DNA from: an uncultured Chloroflexia bacterium
GTDB lineage: Bacteria > Chloroflexota > Limnocylindria > Limnocylindrales > CSP1-4
DNA length: 64,000 bases
Reading direction: 5' to 3'
NCBI GenBank assembly: GCA_963813335.1
Contig: CAWEYL010000001.1
Coordinates: 768,001-832,000, forward strand
Position numbers and translations under genes: made by a program. The notes below the pieces were generated by a model. That model did no database searches. It was not told the origin of the DNA and saw only the letters and a program-made list of their open reading frames with translations. This document shows positions 29,650-40,094 of the stretch, piece after piece. Each line of letters starts with the position of its first letter. The stretch's first letter is position 1.

Positions 29650-30501
29650 TCAGGCCTCGACGAGCCGCTGGATCCGCTCGATCTGGAGCGCGCGCCCGGT
29701 GGCGGGGTCGATGTCGATCTGGGCGGCGTTGAAGATGACCGGCCCCTCCCCCACCTCGAACCTGGTGGGCAGGGCGTTGATGAACCGCGGCAGCACCGTC
29801 CGCGGTGCGAACCCGATGACGCTCCAGAGCGGCCCCGTCATGCCGAGGTCCGTCTGGTAGGCGGTCCCGTTGGGGAGGATCCGCTCGTCGCCGGTCACGA
29901 TGTGCGTGTGCGTGCCGACGACCGCGCTGACCCGCCCGTCGAGGTGCAGGCCGAAGGCGTTCTTCTCCGAGGTCAGCTCGCAGTGGAAGTCGACGAGGCG
30001 GACCGGCGGCAGCGGCTCGGATGATTCGTCGAGCAGCCGGTCGGCGTCGGTGAACGGGTTCTCGATCTGCTGCATGTAGGTGCGGCCCTGGAGGTTGATG
30101 ACCGCGATGTCGGTGCCGTCGAGGCCGCTGTAGACGCCCCAGCCGCGGCCCGGGACCTCGTGCGTGCCGTAGTTGAGCGGCCGCAGGACGCGGTCGTTCG
30201 CCTCGAGGAACGGGTAGATCTCGCGCTTGTCCCAGATGTGGTTGCCCGACGTGATGACGTCGACGCCGGCGGCGAGGATGGACTCCGCGGTCGAGGGCGT
30301 GAGGCCCATGCCGCCCGCGACGTTCTCGCCGTTGGCGGTCACGAAGTCGATGCCGCGCTCCTCGCGGAGGCCCGGCAGCAGGGCCTCGACCGTCTCGCGG
30401 CCGGGCTTGCCGATCATGTCGCCGATCATCAGGACGCGCAGGGCACCCTTGGGCCGCGGGGCGTCCCCGTTGGCAGGGTTCCCGAGCCGCGTCCGCCCGA
30501 T
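29650..30501 (-). CDS. ymdB: YmdB/TIGR00282 metallophosphoesterase (start uncertain)
   Basis: IGDMIGKPG, NGEN, TSGNHIWD, DFHCELTSEK, GTHTH, TDLGMTG; follows rny. Confidence 0.92.
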   Translation of the reverse strand: MGRTRLGNPANGDAPRPKGALRVLMIGDMIGKPGRETVEALLPGLREERGIDFVTANGENVAGGMGLTPSTAESILAAGVDVITSGNHIWDKREIYPFLEANDRVLRPLNYGTHEVPGRGWGVYSGLDGTDIAVINLQGRTYMQQIENPFTDADRLLDESSEPLPPVRLVDFHCELTSEKNAFGLHLDGRVSAVVGTHTHIVTGDERILPNGTAYQTDLGMTGPLWSVIGFAPRTVLPRFINALPTRFEVGEGPVIFNAAQIDIDPATGRALQIERIQRLVEA

Positions 30502-30509
30502 GGGCGCGG

Positions 30510-32036
30510 TTACTTCGCGTACTCCACGGCGCGGGTCTCGCGGATGACCGTGACCTTGATCTGGCCCGGGTAGGTCAACTGCTCTTCGATCTTCTTGACG
30601 ATGTCGCGTGCCAGGCGCGTCGCCGTCAGGTCGTCGATCTCCTCGGGGCGGACGAGGATGCGCACCTCGCGCCCGGCCTGGACCGCGAACGAGCGCTCCA
30701 CGCCGGTGAAGCTCTCGGCGATGGCCTGCAGGTCCTCGAGCCGCTTGACGTACGTGTCCATCGATTCGCCGCGGGCGCCCGGCCGCGATGCGCTGATCGC
30801 GTCGGCGACCTGGACGATCGGCGCCTCGAGGCAGGCGTACTCGACTTCCTGGTGGTGGGCGGCGATGGCGTTGATCACCTTGAACGGCAGGTTGTGCCGC
30901 TGCGCGATCGCGGCGCCGATGGCCGCGTGCGCGCCCTCGACCTCGTGGTCGACCGCCTTGCCGATGTCGTGGAGCAGCCCGCCCATCTTGGCGACCTGGA
31001 CGTCGGCGCCGATCTCGGCCGCGATGACCGCTGCCAGGTGGCTGGTCTCGACGACGTGGTTGAGCACGTTCTGGCCGTAGCTCGTCCGGAACTTGAGCCG
31101 GCCGAGGAGCTTGATGATCTCCGCGGGGAGCCCGGGGACACCGGACTCGTAGGCGGCCGTCTCGCCGGCCTGGCGCATCACGAGGTCGACCTCGGCACGT
31201 GCCTTGGCGACGACTTCTTCGATGCGGCCGGGGTGGATGCGCCCGTCGGCGATGAGCTTGGTGACCGCGATCCGCGCCACCTCGCGGCGGACCGGGTCGA
31301 AGCCCGAGAGGATGACCGTCTCTGGGGTGTCGTCGATGATCAGGTCGACGCCGGTCGCCTGCTCGAGCGCCCGGATGTTGCGGCCCTCGCGCCCGATGAT
31401 CCGGCCCTTCATCTCGTCCGACGGCAGGTGCACGACCGAGACCGTGTGCTCGGCGGTGTGGTCCGCGGCCACGCGCTGCATCGCGGTGACCACGATGTCG
31501 CGGGCCTTCTCCTGGGCTTCCTCGCGCGCGGCGCGCTCGATGGCGCGGCCGAGCTTGACGGCATCGTGCTCGGCCTCTTCGCGGACGGCCTCGAGGAGGA
31601 CGCCCTTCGCGTCCTCGGCCGACATGCCGGAGACGCGTTCCAGGGCGACGACCTGCTCCTGCTGGGCGCGGGCGAGATCCTCGCGGGTCTTGTCGAGTTC
31701 GCGCTCGCGCTCGAGGAGCTTGCGGTCGCGCTGCTCGAGCATGTCGGTGCGCTGGTCGAGCGCCTCGTCGCGGGAGAGGAGGCGGCGTTCGAGCCCGGCG
31801 AGCTCGTTGCGCTTGGCGCGAGCCTCGTCCTCGGCTTCGCCCTGCAGGCGGAGCTTCTCGTCCTTCGCCTCGAGGATGAGCTCCTTCTGGCGGGCGCGAG
31901 CCTCGGCTTCGATGCGGCGGGCCTCCGACTGGGCGGCCTTCATCGTCTGCGATGCCCAGAGGCTCCGGACGAGCACGCCGAGTACGGCTCCGCCGGCGGC
32001 GGCCAACAGGGCCACCGCCACGACCTGTGCGTCCAT
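30510..32036 (-). CDS. rny: ribonuclease Y
   Basis: N-terminal TM, coiled coil, KH motif [15 protein letters not shown] motif [19 protein letters not shown]. Confidence 0.98.
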   Translation of the reverse strand: MDAQVVAVALLAAAGGAVLGVLVRSLWASQTMKAAQSEARRIEAEARARQKELILEAKDEKLRLQGEAEDEARAKRNELAGLERRLLSRDEALDQRTDMLEQRDRKLLERERELDKTREDLARAQQEQVVALERVSGMSAEDAKGVLLEAVREEAEHDAVKLGRAIERAAREEAQEKARDIVVTAMQRVAADHTAEHTVSVVHLPSDEMKGRIIGREGRNIRALEQATGVDLIIDDTPETVILSGFDPVRREVARIAVTKLIADGRIHPGRIEEVVAKARAEVDLVMRQAGETAAYESGVPGLPAEIIKLLGRLKFRTSYGQNVLNHVVETSHLAAVIAAEIGADVQVAKMGGLLHDIGKAVDHEVEGAHAAIGAAIAQRHNLPFKVINAIAAHHQEVEYACLEAPIVQVADAISASRPGARGESMDTYVKRLEDLQAIAESFTGVERSFAVQAGREVRILVRPEEIDDLTATRLARDIVKKIEEQLTYPGQIKVTVIRETRAVEYAK

Positions 32037-32247
32037 CAGTGAATCCTCCCATCCGACCGATCGATTCGATCGGAGGTCATCTGTACGGGTTCGGTCGGCC
32101 TCGACCGCGAGAAGGGGGCCCAGGGACGCTCGGATGCGTCCTTGATCCCCGGTGGGCCGCGATCGAGCCCGGGCTGGGTCGCAACGCCGCTCAGCGGCGC
32201 TGTTGATGTCTGCTGCGTAGCCTACGTTCCGCGGCGCAGAGGGTCAA
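32037..32247 (-). promoter_or_regulatory. rny promoter and structured ~175-nt 5' leader
   Basis: TTGACC (32247-32242)-N17-TAGGCT (32224-32219); several hairpins and an anti-SD CCUCC in the leader. Confidence 0.65.
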
Positions 32248-32600
32248 CCGAACGCAACCCCGCGGCGATGGAGTGCCGGTGAGGCCAGGCTGCCGGGCCT
32301 CGCTCGGCGGTGTTCCCCGGATGCTGGCGTCAGCGACCGCGCCAGGCCGGGGCGACAACGCTCGACCCGACGGAACGGTCTGAGGCCGGTGACGTCACCC
32401 GTGACCCAACGGACGCGGCTGCGGGTTCCGTACGACCCCGATCCACGATCCTGACCCGCGACGAGACCGTGGCGCAGGCGCGATGCCGTGCGTGGGCGGA
32501 TGCAGAGGTCGCCTCGCGTCGCGGGTTCGGCCGTGCGACGTGGTCCCGGTATCGGCCATAACGATCCACGCATGAGCGTCGTGCCGGGTTCCGTGCCGCG

Positions 32601-33014
32601 CTACGAGTCTGCGACGGCCGCAGTCACGATCGTGCCCTGGTGGTAGAGGATCACCCACCGGCCGTCGCGCCGCTGCCACACGGTCAGGCGGCGCGTGACC
32701 CGGGCGTCCTGGCGGAGCGTGTACGTCAGGAGGTACGTGTCCGGCGCGACCTCGCGGCAGTCGAACCCGCTGGTCCCCCACGCGTCGCTCGCCGCGTACT
32801 CCGGTTCCGCGTAACGCGCCTCGAGCACGCTCCACACCGTCTCGCGGTCGTAGATCGCCCCCGAGGCCCCGACCTCAAAGAAGTCCGGCGCCGTCTGCGC
32901 CTCGAAGTCGGCGCGGCTCGTGCCCAGCTCGAGCCGATGAAAGATGGGCTCGCGCGCGATCAGCTCCGCGAGGACGTCGTCGGGCCGCGAGTCGGTCATC
33001 GGAGAGCCGGACAT
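32601..33014 (-). CDS. DUF4440 / NTF2-like protein
   Basis: REPIFHR, DFFEVGASG, YLLTY, WVILYHQGT; GGAGG SD. Confidence 0.88.
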   Translation of the reverse strand: MSGSPMTDSRPDDVLAELIAREPIFHRLELGTSRADFEAQTAPDFFEVGASGAIYDRETVWSVLEARYAEPEYAASDAWGTSGFDCREVAPDTYLLTYTLRQDARVTRRLTVWQRRDGRWVILYHQGTIVTAAVADS

Positions 33015-33024
33015 CACCGCCTCC

Positions 33025-33417
33025 CTACGGCAGGAACGTGATCTCGCCGCACGTCTGCCAGGTGGCCGGCGCGACCTCACCGCCCCCGATCGCGACGTGG
33101 TCGCCGACCTTGGCGATCCGCTGGCCGTTCTCGTTCGTGACGAAGGCCGGGTCGCCGGTGACGCCGACGAAGCCTGCCGGCCAGATGATCGCGTACCGGG
33201 TTCCGTCGCCGTCGCTGACGATGCCGATCCCCGACCGCTCCTCCCGGACGAGGACGCCTTCGAGGAGCGCCGTCATGCACGCCGGCGGGGAACCCGGACC
33301 CGGCGGCTCGGCCGTCCGGAGCGAAATCGTCGGGACCGGATCGACCATATAGGCACCACAACCCAGGAGGCTCGCCGCCAGCACCCCGACCAACGCGCCG
33401 CGGACGAGGGCCATCAT
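33025..33417 (-). CDS. hypothetical lipoprotein
   Basis: LAASLLGC lipobox; CMTALLEGVL...IWPAG...VGDHVAIGGG. Confidence 0.7.
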   Translation of the reverse strand: MMALVRGALVGVLAASLLGCGAYMVDPVPTISLRTAEPPGPGSPPACMTALLEGVLVREERSGIGIVSDGDGTRYAIIWPAGFVGVTGDPAFVTNENGQRIAKVGDHVAIGGGEVAPATWQTCGEITFLP

Positions 33418-34064
33418 CCGGGATCCCCCTCCCCGATCTCGTCGAGGTCGCCCACGGTCGCGGCCAGCTCGCGGCAGGTCTCCGGGTCGAACCCGTTCCG
33501 TGCCAGCAGCGCGTACGCCCGCTGCCGTCGCTGCCGGGGGTCGACGACGCGGGCCAGCGCCCGGGCATGCTTCCGGATCAGCCGTTCCGCGGCCGTCCGG
33601 TCCGGCGAGTCGCCAACGGAGCCGTCATCGGCCGGGGCCACGGCCTCCCGGCGCTCCCCCAGGACGAGGTCGACCGTCGTGCGATCGATGCCCTTGAGCC
33701 GGAGCTCGTCGCGGATCGCCCGCTCGCCGCGCGGTCGGGCGCGGTCGCGCGACTCCACCCAGGCCCGCGTGAACGCCTCGTCGTCGAGCATCCCGAGGTC
33801 GAGCAGGCGGGCGATCGCGCCGTCGACCAGGTCCGTCCGATAGCCCGCCGACGACAATCGCCGCCGGACCTCGGCCACCGATCTCGAGCGTGCCTCGAGG
33901 AAACGCGCCGCCGCCTCGAGCACGACCTGTGGGTCGTCCACCTCGGCACGGCGCGCCCGCCGCTCCGCGTACGTTTCGCGGGGTGCGCGCGGCTGCCGGC
34001 GACGGCCGTCTGCCCTGACCTGCCGGTCGCCTTCGCTCAGAACGGCTTGGCCAGCATCAGACAC
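33414..34064 (-). CDS. recX: regulatory protein RecX (start uncertain)
   Basis: FLEARSRSVAEVRRRL, GMLDDEAF, GERAIRDELRLKGI, LARNGF. Confidence 0.92.
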   Translation of the reverse strand: MSDAGQAVLSEGDRQVRADGRRRQPRAPRETYAERRARRAEVDDPQVVLEAAARFLEARSRSVAEVRRRLSSAGYRTDLVDGAIARLLDLGMLDDEAFTRAWVESRDRARPRGERAIRDELRLKGIDRTTVDLVLGERREAVAPADDGSVGDSPDRTAAERLIRKHARALARVVDPRQRRQRAYALLARNGFDPETCRELAATVGDLDEIGEGDPG

Positions 34065-34528
34065 AGGATGACCGTGACCGCGCCGAGCTCGTAGAGGTGG
34101 GCCGCGCGGGTGACCGGGTCATGCCAGGCGAGCTGGAGCTCCGGTGTGACGACGCCCTGCCGCTCCGCTTCCGCCAGTGCCGCCCCGAAGACCCTGCCTC
34201 GAGGAAGGAAGACGAGCGGGATCAGCGGCATGATCGAAAGGAAGAGCAGCAAGGACACGAACAGCCAGTCAACGCTCCCGCCCGTGATCGGCCCGAGCAC
34301 GGAGCGACCCTCGGCGAAAGCCGCCACGATGCCGAGCACGAGGACGACGCTCGAGCCCACGATGACCAGCTGCTCGAACGGGCCGGCGGCTGCGGTCAGG
34401 GTCTTCATCGTTGGGAGATCGGCCGACCTGGCAGCGGCGCCCAGGATCATCCAGCGGCCGACGAGACCGACGATGAACCCGACCGCGACCAGGGCGTGCG
34501 CGAGGACGATGACCGTGGACAGACTCAT
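34037..34528 (-). CDS. DUF2269-like membrane protein
   Basis: Four TM helices, LAHAL N-terminus, LMLAKPF C-terminus. Confidence 0.75.
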   Translation of the reverse strand: MSLSTVIVLAHALVAVGFIVGLVGRWMILGAAARSADLPTMKTLTAAAGPFEQLVIVGSSVVLVLGIVAAFAEGRSVLGPITGGSVDWLFVSLLLFLSIMPLIPLVFLPRGRVFGAALAEAERQGVVTPELQLAWHDPVTRAAHLYELGAVTVILCLMLAKPF

Positions 34529-34543
34529 CGACCCGAACCTCGC

Positions 34544-35611
34544 CTACTCCGCCTCTTCGATGCCCTCGACCGGGATCTTCACGTCGTTGATCTTGCCGCG
34601 GATGCGGCCCTCGATCTCGTCGGCGACGACCTTGTTCCCCTTGAGGAACTCCTTGGACGCCTCACGGCCCTGACCGAGCCGCGTCTCCCCGAAGTTGAAC
34701 CAGGCGCCGGTCTTGCTGACGACGTCCATCGCGACGCCGACGTCCAGCAGCCCGCCCTCCTTGGAGATGCCCTCGCCGTACATGACGTCGAACTCGGCGA
34801 CGCGGAACGGCGGCGCGACCTTGTTCTTCACGACCTTGACGCGGACCCGGTTGCCGACCGACTCGGTGCCGGTCTTGATGGTCTCGACGCGGCGGATGTC
34901 GAGCCGCACGGACGCGTAGAACTTCAGCGCCCGGCCGCCCGGGGTGGTCTCCGGGTTGCCGAACATGACGCCGATCTTCTCGCGCAGCTGGTTCGTGAAG
35001 ACCAGCGACGTGTTGGAGCGCGACACGGCGCCGGTCAGCTTGCGCAGCGCCTGGCTCATGAGCCGGGCCTGGATGCCGACGAACGAGTCGCCCATCTCGC
35101 CCTCGATCTCGGCACGCGGCACGAGGGCCGCCACCGAGTCGACCACGACGATGTCGATGCCGCCGGAGCGGATCAGTGTCTCGGTGATCTCGAGCGCCTG
35201 CTCGCCGGTGTCCGGCTGGCTGACGAGGAGCTCGTCCACGTTGACACCGCAGGCGCGCGCATAGCCCGGATCGAGCGCGTGCTCGACGTCGATGAACGCG
35301 GCCACGCCGCCGCGGGCCTGCGCCTCGGCGATGACGTGCTGGCAGACGGTGGTCTTGCCCGACGACTCGGGGCCGAAGATCTCGGTGATGCGGCCGCGCG
35401 GGATGCCGCCGACGCCGAGCGCCAGGTCGAGCGCGATCGACCCGGTCGGGATGTGGTCGATCTCCTGCTGCTCGCGCGAGCCGAGCTTCATGATCGCCCC
35501 GCGCCCGAACTGCTTCTCGATGCTCAGCAGCGCCGCATCCACGGCCTTGCTGCGTTCGCTCAGCGCCCGCTCCGCTGCTCGCTCGGTGTTCCGCTCGTCG
35601 GTCATCGCCAT
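34544..35611 (-). CDS. recA: recombinase A
   Basis: [43 protein letters not shown]. Confidence 0.99.
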   Translation of the reverse strand: MAMTDERNTERAAERALSERSKAVDAALLSIEKQFGRGAIMKLGSREQQEIDHIPTGSIALDLALGVGGIPRGRITEIFGPESSGKTTVCQHVIAEAQARGGVAAFIDVEHALDPGYARACGVNVDELLVSQPDTGEQALEITETLIRSGGIDIVVVDSVAALVPRAEIEGEMGDSFVGIQARLMSQALRKLTGAVSRSNTSLVFTNQLREKIGVMFGNPETTPGGRALKFYASVRLDIRRVETIKTGTESVGNRVRVKVVKNKVAPPFRVAEFDVMYGEGISKEGGLLDVGVAMDVVSKTGAWFNFGETRLGQGREASKEFLKGNKVVADEIEGRIRGKINDVKIPVEGIEEAE

Positions 35612-35683
35612 CAGTCCGTCACGCTCCTCATCGATCCGTGCGACCGGTCATCGGAGCGGCCGCGATGGCGTCCGTCCTGTCGG

Positions 35684-35848
35684 TCAGGCTTCCTCGTCGT
35701 AGTCGACGACGGCCGGCTTCTCCTTGCGCGGCTTGCGGATCACCTCGACGTTCTGTGGCGGGTCCGCGAGCGGCGACAGGCTCGGCTGTCCGCTCTTCGC
35801 CTTCGGCTTCTTCTTGGCCTCTTTGCCAGGACGGTTCCGCGAGCCCAT
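35684..35848 (-). CDS. small 54-aa Lys-rich protein, absent from the ORF track
   Basis: GGAGG SD 7 nt before ATG; MGSRNRPGKEAKKKPKAKSGQPSLSPLADPPQNVEVIRKPRKEKPAVVDYDEEA; strong G/C third-position bias. Confidence 0.75.
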   Translation of the reverse strand: MGSRNRPGKEAKKKPKAKSGQPSLSPLADPPQNVEVIRKPRKEKPAVVDYDEEA

Positions 35849-35890
35849 GGCTGTGCCTCCGCGTCGAGATGCAGGCTACCGGTCGACCCT

Positions 35891-37063
35891 TCACGCGGAC
35901 TTATCGGCCCCTTCACCGTCGCTCATCCGGCCCGCGCGAGCACGCAACTCGGCCATCGATGCGGGGAAGGTCCCGGCCCTGATGGAGGCCCTGACCCTGG
36001 CCATGAAGTCTAGGGTGAAGGTCAGGTTGTGACAAGTCGCGAGCCGGTACGCGAGCAGCTCCTTGGCCCGGAACAGATGGGCCAGGTACGCCCGCGAGAA
36101 GCGGCGGCAGAGCAGGCACGGACAGTCGTCCTGGACCGGGTTCGGGTCGTCCATGTAGGCGCGGTTGCGGATGTTCAGGCGCCCGCCTGGGATCCACAGC
36201 TGGCCGTTCCGCGCGACCCTCGCCGGGAGCACCGAATCGAACAGGTCCACGCCGCGGTGGACGGCCTCCAGCAGGTCCGCGGGCGACCCGAGCCCCATGA
36301 GATAGCGCGGCCGTGGATCGTCGTCGAGCAGCGGGACCGCGAGGTCGAGCGTCGCGTCGCGCTGGGCGGGCGTCTCGTCGCCGGCCAGGCCGCCGAGGCA
36401 GATCCCGTCGAACGGCAGGCTGGCGATGAACTCGGTCGATGCGGCGCGCAGCTCCGGGTCGAGCCCGCCCTGGACGATGCCGAACAGCGCCTGGTCCGCC
36501 CGGCTGTGGGCCGCCAGCGAGCGCTCCGCCCAGCGGTGGGTCCGCTCGGTCGCATCCGCCACGACGGCCCGCGGCGAGCTCGGGAAGACCGGCTGGTCGA
36601 ACGCGACCGCGATGTCCGACCCGAGCGCCTCCTGGGCGGCGATGGCGACCTCCGGCGTGAACCGGTGGGTCGAGCCGTCGAGATGGCTGCGGAAGGTGAC
36701 GCCATCCTCGTCGACGACGCGCAGGTCGCCCAGCGAGACGACCTGGAACCCGCCCGAGTCGGTGAGGATCGGGCGGTCCCAGTCCATGAACCGGTGCAAG
36801 CCCCCGAGCCGGGCCACGCGCTCGTGGCCGGGCCGCAGGTAGAGGTGGTAGGTGTTGGCCAGGATGATCGAGGCGCCGGTCTCGCGGATCTCGTCGGGCG
36901 AGAGGGCCTTGACCGTGGCGTTGGTGCCGACCGGCATGAACTGCGGCGTCTCGACGACGCCGTGGGTGAGCGTCAGCGTCCCCGTCCTGGCGCGGGTGGC
37001 CCCGCTCCGCGGCGGCGGGGTGCTGACCTCGAAGCGCGCGGCCCCGCCGGCGGGCGCCGTCAC
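35891..37063 (-). CDS. tgt: tRNA-guanine transglycosylase
   Basis: [38 protein letters not shown]...H zinc site; GTG overlaps the ruvB stop. Confidence 0.96.
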   Translation of the reverse strand: MTAPAGGAARFEVSTPPPRSGATRARTGTLTLTHGVVETPQFMPVGTNATVKALSPDEIRETGASIILANTYHLYLRPGHERVARLGGLHRFMDWDRPILTDSGGFQVVSLGDLRVVDEDGVTFRSHLDGSTHRFTPEVAIAAQEALGSDIAVAFDQPVFPSSPRAVVADATERTHRWAERSLAAHSRADQALFGIVQGGLDPELRAASTEFIASLPFDGICLGGLAGDETPAQRDATLDLAVPLLDDDPRPRYLMGLGSPADLLEAVHRGVDLFDSVLPARVARNGQLWIPGGRLNIRNRAYMDDPNPVQDDCPCLLCRRFSRAYLAHLFRAKELLAYRLATCHNLTFTLDFMARVRASIRAGTFPASMAELRARAGRMSDGEGADKSA

Positions 37064-38142
37064 GCCTCGGGTCCGGGCAGCGGGTCGTCCCACAGGCCGG
37101 GCATGCCCGGCTCGGCTCGGCGCGGCGGCGGGATCTCGTAGCCGAGGCCCGAGAGGTGGGCGCGTGCCAGGTCCGTGGCGATGCGCCCCTGCGGCGTGCG
37201 GTCGATGAACCCCAGGCGCAGCAGGAACGGCTCGTAGACGTCCTCGATGGTCTCGATCTCCTCGGACAGGACGGCGGCGAGCGCCGCCACCCCGACCGGC
37301 CCGGAAGCGAACTTCTGGACGATCGCGGCCAGCAGCTTGCGATCGGTCGAATCGAGGCCCTCGTCGTCGATCTCCATCGCGCGCATGGCCTCGCGCGCGG
37401 TCGCCTCGTCCACCCGGCCGTCGCCGTGGACCTCGGCGTGGTCGCGGACGCGCTTGAGCAGCCGGTTCACGATGCGCGGCGTGCCGCGGCCGCGCCGCGC
37501 GATCGCCCGTGCCGCCGACGGCTCGATCTGGACGCCCAGGATCGCCGCCGACCGGTCGACGATCGCCATCAGCTCGTCGTCCGTGTAGAAGTCGAGTCGG
37601 TACGTCGCGCCGAAGCGGTCGCGCAGCGGTCCGCTGATCCGGCCGGCACGGGTGGTGGCCCCCACGACGGTGAACGGCTTGAGGCTCAGCCGTAGGCTCC
37701 GGGCGCTGGGGCCCTTGCCGATCATGACGTCGAGCGCGTAGTCCTCCATGGCCGGGTAGAGGATCTCCTCGACGGCGCGGTTCAGGCGGTGGATCTCGTC
37801 GATGAACAGGACGTCGTGGTCGTCGAGCGAGGTCAGCACCGAGGCGAGGTCGCCGGCCCGCTCGATGGCCGGGCCGGAGGTGTAGCGCACGTTCACGCCG
37901 AGCTCGCGTGCCACGATCGTCGCGAGCGTGGTCTTGCCGAGCCCCGGCGGGCCGTACAGCAGGATGTGGTCCGCGGCCTCTCCCCTGCCCTTCGCGGCCG
38001 TCAGCAGGACCAAGAGGTTGGCCTTGACCTCGCGCTGGCCGATGTATTCGTCGAGGGTCCGCGGTCGAAGGGTGCCTTCGACGACGAGGTCCGCCTCGTC
38101 CGCTGGCTCCGCCGACAGGATGCGCGAAAGGTCGTCCGCCAT
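37060..38142 (-). CDS. ruvB: Holliday junction branch migration helicase RuvB
   Basis: [38 protein letters not shown]. Confidence 0.98.
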   Translation of the reverse strand: MADDLSRILSAEPADEADLVVEGTLRPRTLDEYIGQREVKANLLVLLTAAKGRGEAADHILLYGPPGLGKTTLATIVARELGVNVRYTSGPAIERAGDLASVLTSLDDHDVLFIDEIHRLNRAVEEILYPAMEDYALDVMIGKGPSARSLRLSLKPFTVVGATTRAGRISGPLRDRFGATYRLDFYTDDELMAIVDRSAAILGVQIEPSAARAIARRGRGTPRIVNRLLKRVRDHAEVHGDGRVDEATAREAMRAMEIDDEGLDSTDRKLLAAIVQKFASGPVGVAALAAVLSEEIETIEDVYEPFLLRLGFIDRTPQGRIATDLARAHLSGLGYEIPPPRRAEPGMPGLWDDPLPGPEA

Positions 38143-38150
38143 ACCCCCGG

Positions 38151-38188
38151 AATATAGCACAGGACGACGGCAAATCGCACGCATGTTC
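38151..38188 (-). promoter_or_regulatory. ruvB promoter (extended -10) with a possible LexA box
   Basis: TG-C-TATATT at 38159-38151; GAAC-ATGC-GTGC at 38188-38177, one mismatch to GAAC-N4-GTTC. Confidence 0.45.
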
Positions 38189-38253
38189 TACACGCGCTGA
38201 CGGCGCTCCGAACTCCGAGTACGAAGGTAGGGCTTCGGCGCTACGATGCCGGC

Positions 38254-38730
38254 ATGCGCCTCTCCCGCCGCTCCGAGTACGGCCTTCGAGCGCTCACCGA
38301 CCTCGTCCGCCATGCCGACGGCGGACCGATCGCCCTCGCGACGCTCGCCGAGCGGGAGCGGCTCCCGGTCAAGTTCCTCGAGCAGATCATGGCCTCGCTC
38401 AAGCACGCGGGCATCGTGCGCACCACGCTCGGCGCGCACGGCGGGTACGCCCTGGCGGTGGACCCCGCGTCTGTCTCGCTCGGCCGGGTCATCCGGCTGC
38501 TCGACGGGGCGCTGGCGCCGGTCGGCTGCGTCTCGCTGCGCTACTACGAGCCGTGCTCCTGCCCGGACGAGGCGACCTGCGCGCTGCGGGACACGATGAT
38601 CGACGTCCGCGACGCGATCCTCGAGATCCTCGACCGCCAGTCGCTGGCCGACCTGGCCGCGCGGCCGGGTCGGGCACCGATCGACCCGCTCGGCGTCCAT
38701 GCCGACGCGCTGGCGGGCATGCGGCCGTAG
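38254..38730 (+). CDS. Rrf2 family transcriptional regulator with Cys-rich C-terminus
   Basis: YGLRAL, FLEQIM, GAHGGYALA, GCVS...CSC...C. Confidence 0.92.
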   Translation: MRLSRRSEYGLRALTDLVRHADGGPIALATLAERERLPVKFLEQIMASLKHAGIVRTTLGAHGGYALAVDPASVSLGRVIRLLDGALAPVGCVSLRYYEPCSCPDEATCALRDTMIDVRDAILEILDRQSLADLAARPGRAPIDPLGVHADALAGMRP

Positions 38731-38751
38731 CGGCTGCCTGACGTCGTCCCG

Positions 38752-39646
38752 GTGAGCACCGCCACGCCCGGCACGCTGCTGCGCCTCGCCGCGTTCACGA
38801 CCGACCCCGCCGGCGGCAATCCGGCCGGTGTCTGGATCGGTGACGACCTGCCGCCGGCCGCGGAGATGCAGCGGATCGCGGCCGAGGTCGGCTATTCGGA
38901 GACCGCCTTCCTCGCGCCGGACGGGTCGGGCGAGCCAGGCCGTCTACGGGTCCGCTACTTCAGCCCGCTCGCGGAAGTCCCGTTCTGCGGCCACGCCACG
39001 ATCGCGGCGGGCGTGGCCCTCGCGGCGGGCGGGTTCGCAACGCCTGGCGCCACCGCTGCCGATCCCCGGCAGGTCGTCCTGACCACCAACGACGGCGAGG
39101 TCCCCGTCGGCGTCACGGTCGATGGAGACGGGCTCGCGACAGCGACCCTCACCTCGGTCGAGCCGTGGGTCCGCGACGCGCCGGCGGCCCTCGTCGACCG
39201 CACGCTCGACTTCCTCGACTGGCGCCTCGACGAGCTGGACCCCTCGCTCCCGCCGGCGATCGCGTTTGCCGGCGCGAAGCACCTGGTCCTCGCGGTCGCC
39301 GACCTCGAAACGCTGGGCCGGATGGCGTACCCGTTCGAGCTGATGAAGGCGCTGATGCACGAGCATGACCTGACCACGATCCAGCTGGTCTGGCGCGAGG
39401 GGCCGCGGCGCTTCCGGGCGCGCGACCCGTTCGCGGTCGGCGGCGTCGTCGAGGATCCGGCGACCGGCGCGGCCGCCGCTGCGTTCGGCGCGTACCTGCG
39501 GCACGTCGGCGCGATCGAACCGCCGGCGACCTTCGAGATCGTCCAGGGCGTGGAGATGGGCCGTCCGAGCCGCCTCACGGTCGAGGATCGTGACCGGCGA
39601 CTCGCGGGTCCGCGTCTCCGGCACCGCGGTCGCGATCGCGGGCTAG
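38752..39646 (+). CDS. PhzF family isomerase; frameshift near 39585
   Basis: AFT..PAGGNPAGV, SETAF, EVPFCGHAT, EDPATG, QGVEMGRPS, VRVSGTA. Confidence 0.9.
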
Positions 39647-39718
39647 GTCGGATCCTCCAGGCCCGCGCGGACGAACCCGGCTCTGACGGCTGGGGCTCGC
39701 TCCCGGACAGTCGGGTCC

Positions 39719-40090
39719 ATGAACGACGGTGGCGCGTCCAGGCCCATCATCGACGCGCGCTCGGGATCCCGCTGGTGGTGCTGTCGGAACGCGGCGGCGG
39801 GCTGCGGACAGGTCGATCGGATGACCGGTCGAATACGTCTACAACTCACCGGGACGCCGGTCACGATCTCCTACGTCGACAGGGGCCAGTACGCGCCAGA
39901 TCTCAGTGCCGATCGCGGCCAGGGCCGTGCGATCCTCGGCTCGTTCGACGGCGGGTGCTCGATGGGCGTGCTGCTCGCGGCCGATCCACCGGGCCGCGAG
40001 GTCACGCGGCTCGACACGCCGCTGTGCGCGGGCGACTCCTGGGAGATCGGGACGCGACCTGACCGCGTCGCCGTGACCGCGCTCGGGCGG
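39719..40090 (+). CDS. hypothetical small exported protein, probably frameshifted
   Basis: Fills the gap between the PhzF gene and ruvA; plausible segment GTPVTISYV...GCSMGVLLA...TRLDTPLCAGDSWEIG; boundaries uncertain. Confidence 0.35.
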
Positions 40091-40094
40091 AGCC

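Noticed and set aside
32250-32600. Small ORFs or ncRNA between the DUF4440 gene and the rny promoter
   Set aside because: ORFs lack RBS and codon bias; only one GC-rich hairpin (about 32454-32526), not enough to call
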